From positions 1 to 36,822 of the forward strand of contig JBEIIN010000001.1 of assembly GCA_040380795.1 (NCBI GenBank): a stretch of 36,822 bases of DNA, read 5' to 3'. The position numbers and the translations under genes were made by a program. This DNA comes from Sediminibacterium sp. (lineage in GTDB: Bacteria > Bacteroidota > Bacteroidia > Chitinophagales > Chitinophagaceae). Below, piece after piece: positions 1 to 7,215 of this stretch (the first letter of the stretch is position 1; every line of letters begins with the position of its first letter). The notes beneath the pieces were generated by a model, which was given only the letters and a program-made list of their open reading frames with translations, had not been told where the DNA came from and searched no databases.

Positions 1-802
1 AAGCCAAAATCCTTTTAAATAAGTCATCAAAAACTTCATCATTTACACTTATTACTTTTTGACCAGGTTTAATAATTTCCTCTTCTTTATATTCTTTAAT
101 ATCCTTTTTTAACACATATAATTTTGGATTGAACTGGGAAAAATAGGTAGGCTGATAACCAATTTCCGCAAGTGCTGCTTCTTGATACAATAATTGTGTT
201 TTAGTAATTAGTAATTTAATACGCTCTAATTGCATATAGCTAATTGCAGAAGGTTTATGCATGAATAAATAATAATCCCAGGCTTCTTCTTTACCTTTAA
301 TGGTAGTAACAACTTTTTGAATGGGTATTAATGAATCAAGTGATGATTGTATTTTAAAAGGTGCCTTTTTTATAAATTCAGATAAATCAAATAAATCTTT
401 CTCCAAAAGAGGTACTCCTTTATCACTTTTTAAGATTTCTTCAATTAAGTTTCTAGAATTAAATTGTTTTGAAAGTGTTGTATTATTTTTTGCAAATTCA
501 TCATCTACAAACTTTAAAACCTCATAAATAACTTTACTACTCGTTTTTAATCTAGATCTAATCTTTAAGTAAGAAACAGCCTTTGAGTTTTTATTCAATA
601 AATTGATATTGTCTTCAATGATCTTGTTACTAATATCAACTTTTTTAAGCTCTTCTTTATCTATTGACTGTAATGACTTTATAGTATAGATATTAGAATC
701 TAATACCGATATTTTGATATTAATAACAGAGAAACAGATAAAAACGATGTACAAAAGACTTATAATCTGGTATCTTTTGACGTCAACTTGACCTTCGGCC
801 AT
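1..802 (-). CDS. Divergent GldM/PorM-like motor subunit (3' partial, at least 267 aa; not in the ORF track)
   Basis: Manual translation from the ATG at 802 is open to the window edge: MAEGQVDVKRYQIISLLYIVFICFSVINIKISVLDS...KEEAWDYYLFMHKPSAISYMQLERIKLLITKTQ... It has one N-terminal TM with R10/Y18 spaced as in GldM R9/Y17 (RQKMINLMYLVF), plus the GldM-type W-x4-F-x3-P-helix motif. It starts 12 bp after the gldL-like stop. Confidence 0.8.
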   Translation of the reverse strand, partial: MAEGQVDVKRYQIISLLYIVFICFSVINIKISVLDSNIYTIKSLQSIDKEELKKVDISNKIIEDNINLLNKNSKAVSYLKIRSRLKTSSKVIYEVLKFVDDEFAKNNTTLSKQFNSRNLIEEILKSDKGVPLLEKDLFDLSEFIKKAPFKIQSSLDSLIPIQKVVTTIKGKEEAWDYYLFMHKPSAISYMQLERIKLLITKTQLLYQEAALAEIGYQPTYFSQFNPKLYVLKKDIKEYKEEEIIKPGQKVISVNDEVFDDLFKRILA

Positions 803-814
803 AAAATACTAGAT

Positions 815-2302
815 TTAAGAGTTAGGATATTGTTTGTATAGTAATACAAAGGCCAATTGAGCTCCACTTGGACTTGTATTTGTTTTTGTTAAATGATAAT
901 TCAACTTATCAAATACTTCTTTCTTAGCATCATATTCATTTAGATTAAATAACTGTAATAACTTAGACTTTTGAGCAATATTATCTAATACTAATTTTTC
1001 AATGACCGACTGTATATGAATTAAGTTCTCTAATTCCCCATTTACAAATAATTCTTTTAAATTAACACTGTACTCATTTTTAGGGCCAAAATATATTGTT
1101 TCAGCAGTGAAATTTACTACATCATTCAATACTATTGATTTAGATTCATTTAATTGAAATTCAATTAACTTCTCAAATATTTGTGCCCCAGTACTAGACT
1201 TAGTAAATGAAATGGCAGACTGTACAAGAAGCTTTAAGTAATTGTAACCTTCATTCGATATAATATTAAATTTAACCTTTTTGAATCTTGACCATAGCTT
1301 CGTTTTTAATTCATCAGACTGTGGATGTAATAAGGCAATGAGTGAACTTAATTCTATTTCATTTTTAATATCTACTTTTTGAATAAAGTATTCAAGCAAG
1401 GATTGTCCTTTAAGTTTAATAGCAGTTTGTAAACATTCTACATTAGGACTTACGATTAATTCTTTGCTAAAATAATTTTTTACATGCACAATTACTTCTT
1501 CATTTTCACCACCATAGACTTGTATATCTCCAACTTTTTTAGGCCTAATAGAACAAGACTCCCCTTTTATCTCTACAATAAAATTGTCAAAGAAGCTATT
1601 ATAATTAATAAGTGTAAAGGCTTTACATAAAAGTTCAATATCACTTAATTCTATTGAATATTCTTTGTCAATACTTAGCTTGTTTAATTCGGGGATAGGT
1701 AACTTAACAGGGAACTGAACTAAAAAAAGTAATGCTTCTTTATTGGGTAATTTTTTATCAAAAACCACTTTAAACAATTGAGATAATTGATTATACTCAT
1801 CCGCAGACAGCTCATCCCATTTAGGTTGAAAAAATAAGTCTTTGGCTAAACTAAGGATATCCAATTGTTCCAACTGCCATAAAGTATGACTTGTGTTTGA
1901 ATTTGAATTAATGTCAATAGAAAGCTTTTTACCGTTTGAATTTGAATCTATAGAAGATGGAGTATCAACTTTAGTTGAATTAGCTGCTGTACCTGTTTGA
2001 ATATTAACATAAGTTTCTCCACCCCCCGATCCACTAATACCACCGGTATTTGATGCAATGTTCTCCAAACCATCAGCTACTTTTGATAATGTAGCTTCGG
2101 TAGCGACTTCGGTGTCCTTTTTTACATCTATGAACTTTATAGCAGACACACCAAAAACAACTGCCTCAATGGCTAATCCACTTGTAATCAGTATATCCTG
2201 TGCAGGCCATTCTAATAATTTGGCAATTACACCAATAAGTATGACTACAGCTGCACCGCTGTAAAAGAGGTTGAAAATATCTAGTTTTTTAGTTTTTGAC
2301 AT
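815..2302 (-). CDS. GldL/PorL-like protein: two GldL-type TM helices plus a large unrecognised C-terminal domain (495 aa)
   Basis: The N-terminus NLFYSGAAVVILIGVIAKLLEWP...GLAIEAVVFGVSA matches the GldL signature NFAYGMGAAVVIVGALFKITH...GLLTEALIFALSA. A G/S/N-rich linker and a ~350-aa globular region follow. Confidence 0.85.
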   Translation of the reverse strand: MSKTKKLDIFNLFYSGAAVVILIGVIAKLLEWPAQDILITSGLAIEAVVFGVSAIKFIDVKKDTEVATEATLSKVADGLENIASNTGGISGSGGGETYVNIQTGTAANSTKVDTPSSIDSNSNGKKLSIDINSNSNTSHTLWQLEQLDILSLAKDLFFQPKWDELSADEYNQLSQLFKVVFDKKLPNKEALLFLVQFPVKLPIPELNKLSIDKEYSIELSDIELLCKAFTLINYNSFFDNFIVEIKGESCSIRPKKVGDIQVYGGENEEVIVHVKNYFSKELIVSPNVECLQTAIKLKGQSLLEYFIQKVDIKNEIELSSLIALLHPQSDELKTKLWSRFKKVKFNIISNEGYNYLKLLVQSAISFTKSSTGAQIFEKLIEFQLNESKSIVLNDVVNFTAETIYFGPKNEYSVNLKELFVNGELENLIHIQSVIEKLVLDNIAQKSKLLQLFNLNEYDAKKEVFDKLNYHLTKTNTSPSGAQLAFVLLYKQYPNS

Positions 2303-2328
2303 TATAGTATTTTTTAATAGTTTAATTT

Positions 2329-2694
2329 TTAATGTGTATTGGTGCGCTTTTCTTTAACGAAATCAACAAATTTGTCATTATTCTCAAATCCACAAAGTTT
2401 GATGATGGAATCAAAGGATAGATTTGCATTAACTGAATTCTCCAATTCATTCATAAAATGAATGTACCTATGCTCATTCAAGAGCAGTTCAAATGAAATG
2501 GCATAGTTAGCTTTTGAAAACTGGTCTAGTTTTTCTGGGCTTATCTCTAATAAACTAGAAAAATCCTCTGTGGAGGCATCTTTGCGTAAATAGTATTTTA
2601 GATCAAAAAAATAATGATCGAATACAGATTTACTATCAGTATTTCTTAAATGACGCTTTGAAAAGAAATTCTTAAAAAAAGAGAACAGGGACAT
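2329..2694 (-). CDS. Small stand-alone AraC-like HTH domain protein, degenerate (~121 aa)
   Basis: Aligns by eye with the C-terminal domain of 2832..3929 (YYLRKDASTEDFS vs YYKSKSANIEEFS; YAISFELLLNEHR vs YAMSFDELINKAR; CGFENNDKF vs VGFSSRQRF). I prefer the ATG at 2694 to the GTG at 2715. Confidence 0.7.
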   Translation of the reverse strand: MSLFSFFKNFFSKRHLRNTDSKSVFDHYFFDLKYYLRKDASTEDFSSLLEISPEKLDQFSKANYAISFELLLNEHRYIHFMNELENSVNANLSFDSIIKLCGFENNDKFVDFVKEKRTNTH

Positions 2695-2831
2695 GATCCA
2701 TAGGGTTTGGATCACAAAAGTTTGTAAATTAATACGGAAGAAAAAATTATGTAAGTAATTCGACGAATGTCATTGTGTTGATTAAAATTACAGCTGTCAT
2801 GTTTTAAATGACATTGATTTTCAATAACTTA

Positions 2832-3929
2832 TTAATTAAAGATATCAATCAGATCTGACGGATTGCCGCCGTGGTATTTTTTAAATGGTTGATAAAAGCG
2901 TTGCCTAGAGCTAAACCCTACTTCCAGGGCCAATGCCTCAACAGTATAATTTTTAAACTTGGCGTCCTTTATGATTTCAACAAAGTATTCCACCCTTGCC
3001 TTATTAATCAACTCATCAAAACTCATGGCGTAAGTGAAGTAGATATAATTAAACATGATATCTTTACTGACCCCCATGATATTAGAAAATTCTTCAATAT
3101 TTGCACTCTTACTCTTGTAGTAGAAATTTGCAAAGAATTGAAAGTTAAAATCAACCTCTTTTATATCGGAACTAAAGTCATTTCGGTTAAACAAAAAGCC
3201 AAACGAAATTTTAGAACCATTTTTATTGATGAAACTAGGTCTATATAAGATAATTAATAATAAAGTTACACCAAGTACAAGTCGGAGATAAGTATTAAAC
3301 TCATTAGGGATTTTAAAAATAGTTGAAAGTGCGATAAAAATTAATTGAGTAAAAATGACCATAAAAAAACCAAAAGTCCAGACTTGTATTTTCTTAAAAT
3401 AAATATTCTTAAATGAAAATTTAAATAAAATATTATAGATATAATAAAGACAAAATAGATTAAAAAAAATAAAATCTACGTTTATAAAAAAATCAAGATA
3501 CATAGGCAGCTTGGCACTATTAGCTACTTGAGCTGTTGAACTACCGATGCTATTATATTTTGGGAATACATTTTCATATCCTACTATTTGTACATAAATA
3601 ATCAAATAAATATAAATCGTATAAGCAGTAATCAAATAAATATTTGCTAACTTTTTGTGTTGGGTAAAATATAAATTAGTAAATATTTGAACCAAAGAAG
3701 TTCCAATAAGCATTGGGCAAATCATTCTAATAAGAATATAGTAATCCGGCACAGTCCTTATAAATAAACAAAAGAAACCTATAAGAAAAGAAAGCACAAA
3801 TATTAAGAAGAATATTTTTAGTCTAATGGGAGATTTAAATCGAATAAGGACATCGAATAAAACGATGATGGAAAAAAGGAATAAAAACAAGTATAAACAT
3901 TGATCTAGAGAGAAAGAAGCTAAATTCAT
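2832..3929 (-). CDS. Membrane-bound AraC-family transcriptional regulator (multi-TM N-terminus plus HTH)
   Basis: About 7 hydrophobic segments, then the AraC C-terminal motif TVEALALEVGFSSRQRFYQPFKKYHGGNPS. Confidence 0.88.
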   Translation of the reverse strand: MNLASFSLDQCLYLFLFLFSIIVLFDVLIRFKSPIRLKIFFLIFVLSFLIGFFCLFIRTVPDYYILIRMICPMLIGTSLVQIFTNLYFTQHKKLANIYLITAYTIYIYLIIYVQIVGYENVFPKYNSIGSSTAQVANSAKLPMYLDFFINVDFIFFNLFCLYYIYNILFKFSFKNIYFKKIQVWTFGFFMVIFTQLIFIALSTIFKIPNEFNTYLRLVLGVTLLLIILYRPSFINKNGSKISFGFLFNRNDFSSDIKEVDFNFQFFANFYYKSKSANIEEFSNIMGVSKDIMFNYIYFTYAMSFDELINKARVEYFVEIIKDAKFKNYTVEALALEVGFSSRQRFYQPFKKYHGGNPSDLIDIFN

Positions 3930-4188
3930 GGGATTACGTTAAACTAAATATTAATATGTAATGATTTAGTTTTTATCATTATAGTTTGCAAATTATTGAT
4001 ATTTCCCTGGTGGCACAAGAATTACCCTAAAACTTGTTGTCATTAAATATATAACATTCATTTATAAGTAATAATGTATTAAATTAATTTAATATTTAAT
4101 GTATTAAACTAAGTATAAAAGTTAAAATCTACCTCCAAAACTGTCCTAATATCAGCTGCAAATTCTTCAAAACCAGCTCCTATGATGA

Positions 4189-4974
4189 CTATGCTGCTGT
4201 ATGATCAATAGACGTATAATCCATAATAGCATCCCATAGTAGCGACCTCATTTCCAATGCTTTTAAAGATGCTGCGGCGGCCTGCTCCCACTTAGTAGCA
4301 TCCTCCCCACATAATTCGGCAACCATTTCTAAGGCCAGATGGCTATGGTGACCGCCATCAACTTCAATATGCCTTTCGATATAATACTTGAAAGTGGAAA
4401 CTTGGTTTGGATGCTCTGCGTAAATTTTATGTAAAATTTCTGTGAACATATCTGGAATTAAATCCTCCCTACCAAATGTAAACACAGCGGCTTTAACATG
4501 TAATGGTGCATATTGAGCAACTTCAAATGTATAGGCTAAAAACATTTTAACCTTTGAAGGCAATGCCGATTTTTCAATGGCATGTTCAATGGACTGACCA
4601 GTTTGTATTTCATGCATTAAAGCATCTATTAAAGAGGTAGATGCACCCATTTGACGCATGGCCTTTAAATATAATTCGAAATGACTAATTCGATTATCAT
4701 GCTCATCTACATCAGATTCTTCCCCTAGTACAATTTCATTAATCAAATACCTGGTATTAGCTGTGCCCACAGGTACCCAAGGTAGCTGTACTCTTGTCAA
4801 ACCAATTTGCAAGGATTTTAATAAACTCATAAAGTCCCAAACTGCAAAAACATGGAATTGTACGAAATTTTTCAGCCCATCCAAATTGTTAATTTTTGAA
4901 TAAACCGGATGTGCTAAAAGCTGAGCCCTCATAGGGGCAATTTTTTTATTCAATAAGGCTACCTGAGAATGCAT
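4189..4974 (-). CDS. DUF3050 family protein (heme-oxygenase-like/PqqC-like helical fold)
   Basis: Motifs HVFAVWDFMSLLKSLQ, INEIVLGEESD, SHFELY, FTFGREDLIPDMF and YIERHIEVDGGHH. Confidence 0.85.
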   Translation of the reverse strand: MHSQVALLNKKIAPMRAQLLAHPVYSKINNLDGLKNFVQFHVFAVWDFMSLLKSLQIGLTRVQLPWVPVGTANTRYLINEIVLGEESDVDEHDNRISHFELYLKAMRQMGASTSLIDALMHEIQTGQSIEHAIEKSALPSKVKMFLAYTFEVAQYAPLHVKAAVFTFGREDLIPDMFTEILHKIYAEHPNQVSTFKYYIERHIEVDGGHHSHLALEMVAELCGEDATKWEQAAAASLKALEMRSLLWDAIMDYTSIDHTAA

Positions 4975-5032
4975 ATCTATTTTTCTATTTTAACAAAAGC
5001 CAACTAGGTTTTGTTCAATATTTAGAAAAAAA

Positions 5033-6436
5033 TTATAGAATAGCCACCGTCTCGTGCATTTCTGGCGCAATCACTTCTTTAAATCCTTTTTTGCGTAATC
5101 TTTCAGCAAAATGATCCTGCACATCTGCTTCTCCATGTACTATAAATACCTGGCTTACCAAGTCAGGGTTTTGACAACCTAAAAATTGCATTAAGTCCTC
5201 GTAGTCGGCATGGGCACTCATACTTCTAATAGATCCCACCCTAGCTATGACTGGATATTCTTCACTATATATCTTAACCATCTTAGCACCATTCATTAAT
5301 CTTCCTCCTAAAGAATGTGGCTCGCAATAGCCTACAAGTAAAATAGTATTCTTAGCGTTGCTAATATTATTTTTAATATGATGCTTTACCCTTCCTGCAT
5401 CGGCCATGCCGGAGGCAGATATAATAACCTTAGGATGTAAGTCCTCATTCAAAGCCTTACTTTCTTCCACCGATTTTATATAACGAAGGCCTTCAAAATC
5501 AAAAGGGTCATCATCTACTTCTAATATTTTTTGAATTTTTTTATTGAAGTATTTTGGAAACATTTTAACTACATCGGTAGCTTCAATACTTAATGGACTG
5601 TCTACATATACTGGAATATGAGGTAGCCTTTTTTCTAAGGACAACTGATTTAGTTCAAATAAAATTTCTTGGGTCCTGCCAACACTAAATGCTGGAATAA
5701 TTAAATTTCCTTTTTGCTCCACACAGGTTTTTTCTATCCAATGTAAAATATCATCAGGTGTGGTATGAATTATATCATGTAGTTTATCGCCATAAGTACT
5801 TTCAATAATAATAGTATCGGCTTGAGGAAAAGTAGAAGGTGAACGCAGTATCATATCACGATATCTTCCTACATCGCCACTAAATGTGAGGCTTTTAGTT
5901 TCAGTACCTTCTTTAATTTTTAAACTAACGGCAGCACTTCCAATAATATGGCCTGCATCGGTAAATAATAATTCTACTGAACTAGAAATTTTAGCGGGCT
6001 GATTATAGTCAACAATGGTTAATAGAGGTAATACCATATTGACATCATCCATATCATACAAGGGCTCAATAGGAGGCAGGCCCTGTCTAGCTCTGCGCTT
6101 ATTGCCATATTTAGCGTCGTCTCTTTGTATCATGGCAGAATCTTCCAATAAAATTTCAGTCAATGCCTTGGTGGCTGGAGTGCAATAAATATTTCCTTTG
6201 AAACCTTCTTTAGCTAATTTAGGAAGTAAGCCAGAATGGTCGATATGTGCATGCGATAAAATAACAAAATCTACTTTACTGGCATCAAAACCAAAACTTG
6301 CATTCAGCGAATCGGTGTCTCTTCCCATTCCTTGAAACAATCCGCAGTCTAATAAAAAATTTTCGCCATTATCTAACTGCACTAAATGCTTAGAACCTGT
6401 AACGGTACGCGCAGCACCATGAAAGCTTATTTTCAT
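5033..6436 (-). CDS. Metallo-beta-lactamase/beta-CASP ribonuclease-like hydrolase
   Basis: Motifs GAARTVTGSKH, SHAHIDHSG, AGHIIGSA, FSGDVG, IESTYG, SAHAD and VHGE. Confidence 0.92.
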   Translation of the reverse strand: MKISFHGAARTVTGSKHLVQLDNGENFLLDCGLFQGMGRDTDSLNASFGFDASKVDFVILSHAHIDHSGLLPKLAKEGFKGNIYCTPATKALTEILLEDSAMIQRDDAKYGNKRRARQGLPPIEPLYDMDDVNMVLPLLTIVDYNQPAKISSSVELLFTDAGHIIGSAAVSLKIKEGTETKSLTFSGDVGRYRDMILRSPSTFPQADTIIIESTYGDKLHDIIHTTPDDILHWIEKTCVEQKGNLIIPAFSVGRTQEILFELNQLSLEKRLPHIPVYVDSPLSIEATDVVKMFPKYFNKKIQKILEVDDDPFDFEGLRYIKSVEESKALNEDLHPKVIISASGMADAGRVKHHIKNNISNAKNTILLVGYCEPHSLGGRLMNGAKMVKIYSEEYPVIARVGSIRSMSAHADYEDLMQFLGCQNPDLVSQVFIVHGEADVQDHFAERLRKKGFKEVIAPEMHETVAIL

Positions 6437-6463
6437 TCGATAAATTTGTACTACTAAGTTAAC

Positions 6464-7201
6464 TTAAATAGCAATGGCAGCTACTAAATAATCGGCAATG
6501 AGTATAAGTATACAACTTACTACCACCGACTGCGTGCCCGCTTTACCAATTTCTAGTGCCCCACCTTTTACATAATAGCCAAAATAACAAGGCACTGTAC
6601 TTATAATAAATGAGAAAATAAACGATTTATAAAAAGCAATGGTCACATAGTGTGGGTCAAAGCCCTTTCGAATACCCATGATAAAAACCTCTGGTGCAAT
6701 AGAACCCGTAAGTCCCCCTACAAAATAACCGCCCCAAATGCCAATAACAGCAGACACTCCTACTAACAAAGGCACAATGGTGAAGCAAGCCAGTATTTTG
6801 GGAAGTATTAAATAATTCTTAGTATTGATACCCATAATTTCAAGCGCGTCTATTTGCTCGCTAATGCGCATATTGCCTAATTCACTTGCAATCTTAGAGC
6901 CTACCACTCCTGCTAAAACAATGCTTAAAAAAGAAGGTGCAAATTCAAGTAACATACCATCTCTTACCACTATACCGATGGTTGTAATGGGTATTAATGG
7001 ATTGACAAACTGTGCTGCCGTTTGCACGGTAATAACTGCCCCTAAAAAAAAGGAAATAATAATAACAATGGGCAAAGAGCCAAATCCAATATCGTAACAT
7101 TGTTTGATATACTCATTCCAAAACATTTTTTTGTTTTCAGCAGATGTAAACATCCCCTTCAACATCAAAAGATAATAACCGAAATGAGTAAAAATATTCA
7201 T
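6464..7201 (-). CDS. mlaE: MlaE-family ABC transporter permease
   Basis: Motif GSKIASELGNMRISEQIDALEIMG, hydrophobic, 245 aa. Confidence 0.9.
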   Translation of the reverse strand: MNIFTHFGYYLLMLKGMFTSAENKKMFWNEYIKQCYDIGFGSLPIVIIISFFLGAVITVQTAAQFVNPLIPITTIGIVVRDGMLLEFAPSFLSIVLAGVVGSKIASELGNMRISEQIDALEIMGINTKNYLILPKILACFTIVPLLVGVSAVIGIWGGYFVGGLTGSIAPEVFIMGIRKGFDPHYVTIAFYKSFIFSFIISTVPCYFGYYVKGGALEIGKAGTQSVVVSCILILIADYLVAAIAI

Positions 7202-7205
7202 ACTA

Positions 7206-7213
7206 CAAAAATA
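7206..7213 (-). promoter_or_regulatory. Bacteroidota -7 promoter box (TATTTTTG) 4 nt before the mlaE ATG
   Basis: Exact TAnnTTTG match on the minus strand. Confidence 0.5.
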
Positions 7214-7215
7214 GC

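Noticed and set aside
321-527. 68-aa plus-strand ORF from the track
   Set aside because: Antisense shadow of the gldM-like gene (1..802, minus).
2871-3248. 125-aa plus-strand ORF, and similar antisense ORFs such as 8711..9118, 24007..24465 and 31970..32623
   Set aside because: All lie opposite well-supported genes and have no recognisable motifs.
4011-4025. TGGCAC-AAGAA-TTAC, a sigma-54-like sequence on the plus strand
   Set aside because: The -12 element is mismatched and it points at no gene.
4072-4108. 18-bp palindrome TATTAAATTAATTTAATA and a TAATGTATTAAA direct repeat
   Set aside because: Almost entirely A/T in a very AT-rich gap, so plausible by chance.
4109-4204. Minus-strand peptide SIVIIGAGFEEFAADIRTVLEVDF resembling a Rossmann-fold start (possible gene remnant)
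   Set aside because: No start codon, an incomplete GxGxxG motif, and too short to support a pseudogene call.
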